A stretch of DNA of 62,169 nt from Alphaproteobacteria bacterium (GTDB lineage: Bacteria > Pseudomonadota > Alphaproteobacteria > Rhodobacterales > Rhodobacteraceae), in the NCBI GenBank assembly GCA_030431935.1, contig JAUIIC010000001.1, positions 1 through 62,169 on the forward strand. The letters run 5' to 3'. Under the pieces are notes generated by a model. It was given only the letters and a program-made list of their open reading frames with translations. It was not told where the DNA came from and ran no database searches. The translations under genes and the position numbers were made by a program. Positions 54,647 to 62,169 of the stretch are shown here, in pieces. Numbering within the stretch: position 1 is the stretch's first letter; each line of letters starts with the position of its first letter.

Positions 54647-56175
54647 TCGGCGGCCTCCTTGCGGGTCGCGAAGTCGTCGGGGAAATGGGTCAGGGCGGAC
54701 AGGACGGGGTAGGGCGTGAAGCCCCCCAGCGCGCAGAGAGAGCCCGCTTTCATCGTCTCGCACAGGTCGGTCAGAAGCGGGATCGCGCCCGCGTCGCCCG
54801 CCGCGATCCGGTCCACCGTTTCCACGCCGCGCACCGCGCCGATCCGGCAGGGCGTGCACTTGCCGCAGCTCTCGATGGCGCAGAACTCCATCGCGAAGCG
54901 GGCCATGCGCAGCATGTCGGCGCTGTCGTCGAACACGACGAGGCCCGCGTGCCCGATCAGCCCGCCCGCGCCGTCGAACTCTTCATAGCCGAAGGGCGTG
55001 TCGAACTCGGACACCGGGAAATAGGCGCCCAGAGGCCCGCCCACCTGCACCGCCTTGACCGGGCGCCCGCTGGCGGTGCCGCCCGCGATGTCGTTGACGA
55101 TCTCGCCCAGCGGCAGGCCGAAGGCGGTCTCGAAGAGCCCGCCGAACCGCACGTTGCCCGCGATCTGCAGGGGGATCGTGCCGCGCGACCGGCCCAGCCC
55201 GAACTCGGCATAGTGCCGTGCGCCCTTCTCGAAGATCACCGGCACGGTGGCCAGCGAGATCACGTTGTTCACCACGGTCGGCCGGCCCAGGAAGCCCTCG
55301 AGCGCGGGCAGCGGCGGCTTGGCGCGCACCACGCCGCGCTTGCCTTCCAGCGAGTTCAGCAGCGAGGTTTCCTCGCCGCAGACATAGGCCCCGGCGCCCA
55401 CCCGGATCTCCATGTCGAAGGCGCGGCCCGAGCCCAGCACATCGGCGCCCAGAACGCCCGAGGCGCGCGCGATGTCGACCGCGCGCGTCATCACCTCGAT
55501 CGCGTCGGGGTACTCGCTGCGCAGGTAGACATAGCCGCGCGTCGCACCCACCCCGAGGCCCGCGATGGCCATGCCCTCGATCAGGCAGAAGGGGTCGCCC
55601 TCCATGATCATGCGGTCGGCGAAGGTGCCGCTGTCGCCCTCGTCGGCGTTGCAGACGATGTATTTCTGCGGCGCCTCGGCCCCCAGCACGGTCTTCCACT
55701 TGATGCCGGTGGGAAAGCCCGCGCCGCCGCGCCCGCGCAGGCCGCTGTCGGTGACCTCCTGCACGATCTCGGCGCCGGTCATCCCAAGCGCCCGGCGCAG
55801 GCCGGCCAGCCCGCCATGCGCCGCGTAGTCCTCCAGCGACAGCGGGTCGATCACGCCGCAGCGCTGGAACGTCAGGCGGGTCTGGCGCGCGAGGAAGGGG
55901 ATGTCATCGACGGGGCCAAGCGCCTTGGGATGCGCGCCCGCGTCGTCCAGAAGCGCCGGAACGTCGGCGGGCGTCATCGGGCCGACGCCGTGGCGCACCC
56001 CGTCGATCATCACCTCGGCCAGCGGTTCCAGCCAGATCATCCCGCGCGTGCCGGTGCGCACCAGGCGCAGGTCGAGGCCGCGCCGGGCGGCTTCGTCCAG
56101 AAGTGCGGCGGCCACGGCTTCGGACCCCAGCGCCTTGGCGGCGGCGTCGCGGGGCAGGTAGACGGTCAAGGTCAT
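54643..56175 (-). CDS. fdsB: NAD-dependent formate dehydrogenase beta subunit FdsB (NuoF-like, FMN/NAD, 4Fe-4S)
   Basis: 510 aa. GRGGAGFPTGIKW, CNADEGDSGTF and ESCGKCTPCR are NuoF-type motifs. Confidence 0.92.
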   Translation of the reverse strand: MTLTVYLPRDAAAKALGSEAVAAALLDEAARRGLDLRLVRTGTRGMIWLEPLAEVMIDGVRHGVGPMTPADVPALLDDAGAHPKALGPVDDIPFLARQTRLTFQRCGVIDPLSLEDYAAHGGLAGLRRALGMTGAEIVQEVTDSGLRGRGGAGFPTGIKWKTVLGAEAPQKYIVCNADEGDSGTFADRMIMEGDPFCLIEGMAIAGLGVGATRGYVYLRSEYPDAIEVMTRAVDIARASGVLGADVLGSGRAFDMEIRVGAGAYVCGEETSLLNSLEGKRGVVRAKPPLPALEGFLGRPTVVNNVISLATVPVIFEKGARHYAEFGLGRSRGTIPLQIAGNVRFGGLFETAFGLPLGEIVNDIAGGTASGRPVKAVQVGGPLGAYFPVSEFDTPFGYEEFDGAGGLIGHAGLVVFDDSADMLRMARFAMEFCAIESCGKCTPCRIGAVRGVETVDRIAAGDAGAIPLLTDLCETMKAGSLCALGGFTPYPVLSALTHFPDDFATRKEAAE

Positions 56176-56642
56176 GCGCGCAGTCCCTTCACGATCGCCT
56201 CTGCGCGGGCGGCATCGACGCGGCCCACGACCTCGCCATCAACCAGCGCGGCGGGGCCGCAGGCGCAGAGCCCGAGGCAATAGACGGGCTCCAGCGTGAC
56301 CGCGCCATCGGCGGTGGTGCCGCCCATGGGGACACCAAGCGCCGCCTCGGCGGCGGCGATGCTGGCATCGGCGCCCACGGCCTGGCAGGCCTCGGACCGG
56401 CATATCTTGACCACGTGGCGCCCGGCGGGGGCGTCGCGGAAATCGTGGTAGAAGCTCATCACCCCGTGCACCTCGGCCCTCGTCAGGTTCAGCGCCTCGG
56501 CGATCACCGGCACGGCGCCCGCCGGCACATGCCCGAAGGACGCCTGGACATCGTGCAGGATCGGCAGAAGCGGGCCCTCGCGCCCGGCATGGGCGGCGCA
56601 GATCCGGGCCACCTGGTCGGGCAGGGTGTCGGGATGGGTCAC
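56172..56642 (-). CDS. fdsG: NAD-dependent formate dehydrogenase gamma subunit FdsG (NuoE-like 2Fe-2S)
   Basis: 156 aa with a GTG start. The pattern C-x4-C...C-x3-C (CRSEACQA...CLGLCACGP) is the NuoE-type 2Fe-2S pattern. Confidence 0.88.
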   Translation of the reverse strand: MTHPDTLPDQVARICAAHAGREGPLLPILHDVQASFGHVPAGAVPVIAEALNLTRAEVHGVMSFYHDFRDAPAGRHVVKICRSEACQAVGADASIAAAEAALGVPMGGTTADGAVTLEPVYCLGLCACGPAALVDGEVVGRVDAARAEAIVKGLRA

Positions 56643-56719
56643 GGGTGCGGTCCTCCGGGTCGTCGCCCGGTCGGTGTCGGACGAAGCGCAGGTCCGTTCA
56701 ATCCCTTGGTTTCGTGGTG

Positions 56720-56738
56720 CGATAGAAGAATTCTATCG
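56720..56738. promoter_or_regulatory. Inverted repeat CGATAGAA-GAA-TTCTATCG (contains a T-N11-A, ATAG-N7-CTAT LysR-type box) upstream of fdsG
   Basis: Read directly, 78-96 nt upstream of the fdsG start and 10 nt downstream of the LysR gene stop. Confidence 0.45.
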
Positions 56739-56748
56739 TTCCGCCCGC

Positions 56749-57633
56749 TCAATCCTCGGCGATGGCGTGCGCGCCCCGCAGCAGGGCGTCCAGGACGGGC
56801 GTGTGTGGTTCGCGATAGGGCGCGACCAGGCCGACCTGGTGGCTGACATCGGGCTCGACCAGGGGCACCGCGGCCAGCGCGCCGCCGGTCAGGAACACCT
56901 CCGTTGTCTTGCGCGGCAGGATCGCGCCCAGCCCGGCCTCGATCACGTGCGAGATCAGCACGAGGACCGAGTTCGCCTCGATCACCGGCTGGACCGAGAC
57001 GCCGACGGCCGAGAAGGTCTGGTTCAGGATGCGCCGGTTCTGCATGTCGGGCGTCAGGAGCACCAGCGGCAGGGCGGCGGCCTCGGCCCATGTCAACGCA
57101 TCACGCTCGGCCTCGGGGGTGCCGGACCGGCAGACGTAGACATAGCGTTCGCGGTAAAGCGGAACGGTGGCGACGCGGCCGAGGGGTTCGTTGTCGAGAT
57201 AGGTGATGCCCGCGTCGATCTCGAGATTTTCAAGAAGCGCGAGGATTTCCTGGCTGGTGCGCGAAGTGACGCTGAACCGCACGTTCGGGTGCTGGGCGCG
57301 GAACGGCGTGGTCAGCCGGGCGATCATCGCCAGCGCCGTCGGGATCGCGGCGATCCGCAGGTCGCCCGACAGCCCGCGCCGGGCCGCGCGCATCTCCTCG
57401 CGCATGGTGCGCGCGTCGCCGACGATCTGGCGGGCCCATTCCAGGACGCGCTGGCCTTCGGGCGTCAGCCCCTGGAACCGCGAGCCGCGCCAGACAAGCT
57501 GGACGCCCAGCTGGTCCTCCAGCTGCTTGATGCCCGCCGACAGGGTCGGCTGCGTCACGCCCCGGTCCTCGGCGGCGCGGCCGAAGTGCTTTTCCTGCGC
57601 GAGCGCGATGAACATTTCGAGCTTGTCGATCAT
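56749..57633 (-). CDS. LysR-family transcriptional regulator
   Basis: ORF 56749..57789, trimmed to the ATG at 57633. MIDKLEMFIALAQEKHFGRAAEDRGVTQPTLSAGIKQLE is a LysR HTH. It is followed by a substrate-binding domain. Confidence 0.88.
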   Translation of the reverse strand: MIDKLEMFIALAQEKHFGRAAEDRGVTQPTLSAGIKQLEDQLGVQLVWRGSRFQGLTPEGQRVLEWARQIVGDARTMREEMRAARRGLSGDLRIAAIPTALAMIARLTTPFRAQHPNVRFSVTSRTSQEILALLENLEIDAGITYLDNEPLGRVATVPLYRERYVYVCRSGTPEAERDALTWAEAAALPLVLLTPDMQNRRILNQTFSAVGVSVQPVIEANSVLVLISHVIEAGLGAILPRKTTEVFLTGGALAAVPLVEPDVSHQVGLVAPYREPHTPVLDALLRGAHAIAED

Positions 57634-57713
57634 GCGGCCCAAAGTGGCCCGGATCGCGCCGCTGGAAAAGGGGGCACGGTGAGTGCCGCGTTCCAGCCTG
57701 CCGGCGCATTTGG

Positions 57714-58937
57714 TCAGGCGGCGTGCCGGGACAGGAGCGTGGGGATCTTCTCTCGGAACCGGAAGAAACCGTGCGTGGCATGGGGCCATGCCGCCGCGTC
57801 GTGGTCGCGCAGGACCCGTACAAGGGGAATGCCGGCTGCGTCGAGGCGCCGGGCGAGGGCGTCCACGCGGTCCCGGGCGGGGCCCGTCGGGGCCCAGGGC
57901 ATCACGATCTGGCGAAACCCGCTGGCCCAGTCAAAGGCCGCATCGACCGCGTCGTCGCCGCGCCACGGGCCGGCCAACGCGCCGTGTTTATCGGTCTGCC
58001 GGGCCGCCATGTCCGCGATCGCGGCGGAGGTGAAGGCCCGCACCGGGGCGGCGGTCTCCAGCGGGCTGCGCGCGTCGTCGCCCGCCAGAAGGCCGATTCC
58101 CGAGGGCAGAAGGCCCCGCGCTGTCAAAAAGCCCGGCGACAGATCGTCCTCGGTCAGCAGGAGGCCGGTGCGCAGGTCGGGGTCCCAGGCGCCGCCACAG
58201 GGCATCGGCCCGGCGGGCGGGTTCGGCGGCCCCTCGACCGGCAGGGCCTCCGTGGCAAGCCCCCTGGGCGAGAACCGCCCCTCTGTATAGCGGGCGATGT
58301 TGTCGGCGCGGGCGAGGTAGGTTTTTCCGGGCGTCTGCAGCCCTGCCACCCAGCGCCAGCCCAGCGTGTTCGAGGCCGGGTCGCCATCGGCCAGGTGGCG
58401 CAGGAAAAGGTCCGCCCCAAGCTCCCACGGCAGGCGCAGCGTGAAGATCCAGATCGAGGCGAACCACATGCGCGCGTGATTGTGAAGATACCCGGTCTGC
58501 ACAAGCTCCCGCGCCCAGTGGTCGAAAGCGTCGATGCCGGTTTCGCCGGTGCAGGCCGCCTGCCACCTGTCACGCAGCCCGGTCTCAGCCGCCACGCGGT
58601 CAAGCCCGCGCAGGACACCGGCGCGGTACCCCGTCCAGACCGATGGGCGGCGCTCCAGCCAGCCTTTCCAGTAGGTCCGCCAGTAGACCTCCTGCACGAA
58701 TTTCTCCGCCGCGGCCCGGGAATGGCGGCCAAGGACGGTTGCCAGCACCTCCTCCTCGGTGACGAGCCTGTGGCGGACATGGGCCGACAGCCGCGACACG
58801 TGCGGGTGGCCGGGCAGGTCGTGGTTGCGAAGCGACGCGTAGGCGCGGCCGGCGTCTTCGACGAAGTGGCGCAGGCGGGCAAGACCGGCGGTGCGGGTCG
58901 GGGAGGGCAGGGGCGAGCGGAAGGGGTCTGATGTCAT
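57714..58937 (-). CDS. Photolyase/cryptochrome-like FAD-binding protein with atypical (apparently permuted) domain order
   Basis: 407 aa. Residues from about 15-225 match the C-terminal helical FAD-binding domain of photolyases (TGIDAFDHWARELVQTGYLHNHARMWFASIW...LADGDPASNTLGWRWVAG). Residues from about 255-400 resemble the normally N-terminal alpha/beta domain. Confidence 0.7.
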   Translation of the reverse strand: MTSDPFRSPLPSPTRTAGLARLRHFVEDAGRAYASLRNHDLPGHPHVSRLSAHVRHRLVTEEEVLATVLGRHSRAAAEKFVQEVYWRTYWKGWLERRPSVWTGYRAGVLRGLDRVAAETGLRDRWQAACTGETGIDAFDHWARELVQTGYLHNHARMWFASIWIFTLRLPWELGADLFLRHLADGDPASNTLGWRWVAGLQTPGKTYLARADNIARYTEGRFSPRGLATEALPVEGPPNPPAGPMPCGGAWDPDLRTGLLLTEDDLSPGFLTARGLLPSGIGLLAGDDARSPLETAAPVRAFTSAAIADMAARQTDKHGALAGPWRGDDAVDAAFDWASGFRQIVMPWAPTGPARDRVDALARRLDAAGIPLVRVLRDHDAAAWPHATHGFFRFREKIPTLLSRHAA

Positions 58938-59064
58938 TCGAGGCGAACTATTCCGGCCCGCGCGTCATTCAACTGGCTGCCGTCCCTTGCAGGGGGGTGG
59001 GTGGGTGACTAAGACTCCGTCAGCACATACGGACTAACCCTTCAAGAAATCTGAGGCAGGCGCG

Positions 59065-59694
59065 ATGCAGGACCCCCGAGACTTCTACATGAACACGCTT
59101 GTGCCGATGGTCGTCGAACAGACCAGCCGGGGCGAGCGGGCCTATGACATCTTTTCGCGCCTCCTGAAGGAGCGGATCATCTTCGTGTCGGGCCCGGTGC
59201 ACGACGGCATGTCCAGCCTGATCGTGGCACAGCTTCTGCACCTCGAGGCGGAAAACCCGTCCAAGGAAATCTCGATGTACATCAACAGCCCCGGCGGCGT
59301 GGTGACCTCGGGCCTGTCGATCTACGACACCATGCAGTACATCAAGCCCAAGGTCTCGACGCTCTGCGTGGGTCAGGCGGCGTCGATGGGCTCGCTGCTG
59401 CTGACTGCGGGCGAGAAGGGGATGCGCTTTTCGCTGCCCAACAGCCGGATCATGGTGCACCAGCCCTCGGGCGGCTACCAGGGCCAGGCGACGGACATCA
59501 TGATCCACGCCCAGGAGACCCAGAAACTGAAGGATCGGCTTAACGCGATCTATGTGGCGCATACCGGGCAGGACATGGACACGGTCGTGGCGGCGCTGGA
59601 GCGGGACAACTTCATGTCGCCCGAAGAGGCCAAGGCCTGGGGCCTGATCGACGAGATCGTCGATCGCCGCGAGAAGACCGACGACAAGGGCTGA
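59065..59694 (+). CDS. clpP: ATP-dependent Clp protease proteolytic subunit ClpP
   Basis: 209 aa. [28 protein letters not shown] and GQAASMGS (catalytic Ser) together with MVHQP make this unambiguous. Confidence 0.97.
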   Translation: MQDPRDFYMNTLVPMVVEQTSRGERAYDIFSRLLKERIIFVSGPVHDGMSSLIVAQLLHLEAENPSKEISMYINSPGGVVTSGLSIYDTMQYIKPKVSTLCVGQAASMGSLLLTAGEKGMRFSLPNSRIMVHQPSGGYQGQATDIMIHAQETQKLKDRLNAIYVAHTGQDMDTVVAALERDNFMSPEEAKAWGLIDEIVDRREKTDDKG

Positions 59695-59819
59695 GGCCGG
59701 CACGGGGGGCATTTTGGCGTTGTGCCCGGGAATCTCCTGCCATAGCATTCCGCAGACTGCCCCCTCGCCGGGGGCGGGATGCGCGCGACAAGACCACACT
59801 GGCGCCAAGAGGTAGACTG

Positions 59820-61079
59820 ATGGCGAACAACTCGGGCGACAGCAAGAACACTCTCTACTGCTCTTTCTGCGGCAAGAGCCAGCACGAGGTGCGCAAGCTG
59901 ATTGCGGGCCCGACCGTGTTCATTTGCGATGAATGCGTCGAATTGTGCATGGACATCATCCGCGAAGAGACGAAAAGCGCAGGGCTGAAATCTTCGGACG
60001 GCGTTCCCACGCCGCGCGAGATCTGCGATGTCCTGGACGACTACGTCATCGGTCAAAGTCATGCCAAGCGCGTGCTCGCCGTGGCCGTTCACAACCACTA
60101 CAAGCGCCTCAATCACGCCGGCAAGTCGGACATCGAACTGTCCAAGTCCAACATCCTGCTGATCGGCCCGACCGGCTGCGGCAAGACGCTTCTGGCGCAG
60201 ACGCTGGCGCGTATCCTCGACGTGCCCTTCACCATGGCCGACGCCACGACGCTGACGGAAGCGGGCTATGTGGGCGAGGATGTGGAGAACATCATCCTCA
60301 AGCTCCTGCAGTCGAGCGAATACAACGTCGAGCGCGCCCAGCGCGGCATCGTCTACATCGACGAGGTCGACAAGATCACGCGCAAGTCCGACAACCCCTC
60401 GATCACCCGCGACGTGTCGGGCGAGGGGGTGCAGCAGGCGCTTCTGAAGCTGATGGAAGGCACGGTCGCCAGCGTTCCGCCGCAGGGCGGCCGCAAGCAC
60501 CCGCAGCAGGAATTCCTGCAGGTGGACACGACGAACATCCTGTTCATCTGCGGCGGCGCCTTCGCGGGGCTGGAAAAGATCATCGCGCAGCGCGGCAAGG
60601 GCTCTGCCATCGGGTTCGGCGCCGACGTCAAGGACGAGGACAGCCGTGGCATCGGCGAGATGTTCACCCAGCTCGAACCCGAGGATCTGCTGAAGTTCGG
60701 CCTGATCCCCGAATTCGTCGGGCGTCTGCCGGTGATCGCCACCCTGGGCGACCTGGACGAGGATGCGCTTGTCACCATCCTGACAGAGCCCAAGAACGCC
60801 CTGGTCAAGCAGTATCAGCGCCTGTTCGAGCTTGAAGACGCGCAGCTGACCTTCACCGACGACGCGCTGCGGGCCATCGCCAAGCGCGCCATAGCCCGCA
60901 AGACGGGCGCACGCGGTCTGCGCTCGATCATGGAAGACATCCTGCTGGACACCATGTTCGACCTGCCCGGCATGGACGGGGTGGATGAGGTCGTCGTCAA
61001 TGAAGAGGTCGTGACCTCTGACGCCTCGCCTCTCATGATCTACGCCGACAGCAAGAAGGGTGGCGCCAGCGCCGGTTAA
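59820..61079 (+). CDS. clpX: ATP-dependent Clp protease ATP-binding subunit ClpX
   Basis: 419 aa. It has the zinc-binding N-terminus [27 protein letters not shown] and Walker A GPTGCGKT. The Walker B is IVYIDEVDK and the pore loop is GYVGEDV. Confidence 0.97.
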   Translation: MANNSGDSKNTLYCSFCGKSQHEVRKLIAGPTVFICDECVELCMDIIREETKSAGLKSSDGVPTPREICDVLDDYVIGQSHAKRVLAVAVHNHYKRLNHAGKSDIELSKSNILLIGPTGCGKTLLAQTLARILDVPFTMADATTLTEAGYVGEDVENIILKLLQSSEYNVERAQRGIVYIDEVDKITRKSDNPSITRDVSGEGVQQALLKLMEGTVASVPPQGGRKHPQQEFLQVDTTNILFICGGAFAGLEKIIAQRGKGSAIGFGADVKDEDSRGIGEMFTQLEPEDLLKFGLIPEFVGRLPVIATLGDLDEDALVTILTEPKNALVKQYQRLFELEDAQLTFTDDALRAIAKRAIARKTGARGLRSIMEDILLDTMFDLPGMDGVDEVVVNEEVVTSDASPLMIYADSKKGGASAG

Positions 61080-61096
61080 GCAGGCGGAGGGCCGCG

Positions 61097-61396
61097 ATGC
61101 GGTTCGAGCTTTCGGGATATGCCATCGACTGGGAAGCCGTGGAAAGCACCGGCGGCCTTGTCAGCGGCGCTGCCGTCGTGCTGGCGGGGCGCCGGGACGA
61201 AAAGGTCGTGCTGGTCTTCGGGCCCGGCCCCGAGACGATGGACCTGTCCGCCGATCCGCCGCGCGTCACCATCGACAGGGCCCGGTACCGCGATTTCCTC
61301 GACACCCTTCACCATGCCCGCGTCGAGGGCGCGGATATCGAGGTGCGCGTGAGTCCCGGGCCTCCGGCCCATGTGACGCTCGCCGCGGTGTTCTGA
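61097..61396 (+). CDS. Hypothetical protein (99 aa)
   Basis: The ATG is preceded by GGCGGAGGG, 18 nt after the clpX stop. Third codon positions are GC-rich like the neighbouring genes. No recognisable domain. Confidence 0.45.
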   Translation: MRFELSGYAIDWEAVESTGGLVSGAAVVLAGRRDEKVVLVFGPGPETMDLSADPPRVTIDRARYRDFLDTLHHARVEGADIEVRVSPGPPAHVTLAAVF

Positions 61397-61419
61397 CGGG
61401 CGGGCGGGAAAGTCGCCTC

Positions 61420-61800
61420 ATGGTCGCAAGGCATATCACCTCCGGATCGCCCTTCGAGCGGGACATCGGCTATTCCCGCGCCGTCGTGCAGGACGGTTGG
61501 ATCTTCGTCGCCGGAACCACCGGCTATGACTACGCGACCATGACGATGCCCGACGCCATCGAGGACCAGTGCCGCAACGCGCTGGACACCATCGCGGCGG
61601 CATTGGCGCAGGCGGGCGCGACGCTCGATGACGTGGTGCGGGTGCGCTACATCGTGCCGGACCCCGCGGAATGGCCCAGGTGCTGGCCGATCACCTCCGC
61701 GGCCTTCGCGCGGGCGCGGCCGGCCGCCACCATGTTCTCGGCGGCCCTGCAGGACCCCGAGATGAAGATCGAGATCGAGGTCACGGCGCGCCAGCCCTAG
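61420..61800 (+). CDS. RidA/YjgF/UK114-family protein
   Basis: ATG at 61420, within ORF 61060..61800. FERDIGYSRAVVQDGWIFVAGTTG...VRVRYIV...IEIEVTA is the typical RidA-family pattern. Length is 126 aa. Confidence 0.75.
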   Translation: MVARHITSGSPFERDIGYSRAVVQDGWIFVAGTTGYDYATMTMPDAIEDQCRNALDTIAAALAQAGATLDDVVRVRYIVPDPAEWPRCWPITSAAFARARPAATMFSAALQDPEMKIEIEVTARQP

Positions 61801-61872
61801 GCCGCGCCGTTCTGGCACTGGACGCGGGACGCGCCTTGCGCCATACCCGTGGGCGACGGATCGGAGGCAGCA

Positions 61873-62169
61873 ATGGGCATTTTCAACACGCTTTTGCGCG
61901 CGGTGACGTGGTGGAACGGCGGCACGGTCGGAACCATGCTCTACACCTGGCGGCGCGGCCGCCCGGTTGGTGAGGACGACCAGGGCAACCGCTTCTATGA
62001 AACCGCCGACGGCAAGCGCCGTTGGGTGGTCTACAACGGCGAGGCCGAGGCCAGCCGCGTGTCGCCCGACTGGCACGGCTGGCTGCACCACACCTGGAAG
62101 GAACCGCCGTCCAAGGCCGCGCTTCCGCGCAAGGCCTGGGAAAAGCCTCACCAGGAGAACCTGACGGGC
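61873..62169 (+). CDS. NADH:ubiquinone oxidoreductase subunit NDUFA12-family protein, 5' fragment running off the window
   Basis: My own translation from the ATG at 61873 gives [79 protein letters not shown].... The motif W...G.D..GN.YYE...RRWV.Y......S.V...WH.WLHH is the alphaproteobacterial NDUFA12-like protein. There is no stop before the window end. Confidence 0.75.
   Translation, partial: MGIFNTLLRAVTWWNGGTVGTMLYTWRRGRPVGEDDQGNRFYETADGKRRWVVYNGEAEASRVSPDWHGWLHHTWKEPPSKAALPRKAWEKPHQENLTG

Noticed and set aside
56643-56748. Molybdenum-cofactor riboswitch in the fdsG leader
   Set aside because: The leader is only 106 nt and lacks the conserved Moco-motif stems that I can recall. The palindrome is better explained as a LysR box.
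58938-59064. Sigma-32 heat-shock promoter upstream of clpP
   Set aside because: A CTTG is present (cccTTGcagg), but the downstream element at the expected 16-17 nt spacing does not convincingly match the alphaproteobacterial -10 consensus. I do not call it.
61060-61419. Long (246-aa) form of the RidA ORF starting at 61060
   Set aside because: The upstream 120 codons are Arg/Gly/Pro-rich and overlap the clpX 3' end and the hypothetical gene at 61097..61396. RidA homology starts at the ATG at 61420.

Overview
High-GC DNA (by eye well above 60 percent) that looks like an alphaproteobacterial, Rhodobacterales-type chromosome. It is densely coded, with many 4-nt start/stop overlaps. I found no rRNA, tRNA, CRISPR array, transposase or integrase.

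Gene content from left to right:
1. A Mo-hydroxylase fragment, a TRAP solute-binding protein, an XRE-cupin regulator and an intradiol (hydroxyquinol-type) dioxygenase.
2. An 18-kb envelope glycolipid block (about 4.5-22.6 kb). It holds a CapD/PglF-type dehydratase, lpxA, lpxD, an SDR and a GNAT. A divergent oxidoreductase-aminotransferase-GT2 operon follows. Then comes one tightly coupled operon: lptF-lptG, an ArnT-like GT-C, DUF2334, an LpxB-related gene, a GT2, a GNAT-like gene and an LpxB-like gene.
3. A phenylacetate (paa) supercluster (22.5-35.7 kb) with both PaaX and a TetR-type regulator, a cytochrome P450 upstream of paaZ, a VOC gene inside paaABCDE and an extra PaaA/C-like ferritin gene.
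4. An NsrR-like regulator, an M20 deacylase and a family-5 ABC importer. The importer operon is split by an opposite-strand Hint (bacterial intein-like) protein gene plus an acidic low-complexity protein gene.
5. An aldehyde dehydrogenase and a hydantoinase-VOC-racemase-DapA-like operon.
6. The NAD-dependent formate dehydrogenase operon fdsGBACD with a LysR regulator.
7. A photolyase-like protein whose domain order appears permuted, then clpP-clpX, a RidA homologue and an NDUFA12-like fragment.

The most interesting candidate for an undescribed system is the Lpx/Lpt/Arn-like block. It combines lipid-A acyltransferases, two LpxB-superfamily enzymes, an amino-sugar tailoring set and its own LptFG-type pair, outside the canonical lpxD-fabZ-lpxA-lpxB and pepA-lptFG contexts.

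All functional calls rest on my own recognition of motifs in the translated ORFs. No searches were run.
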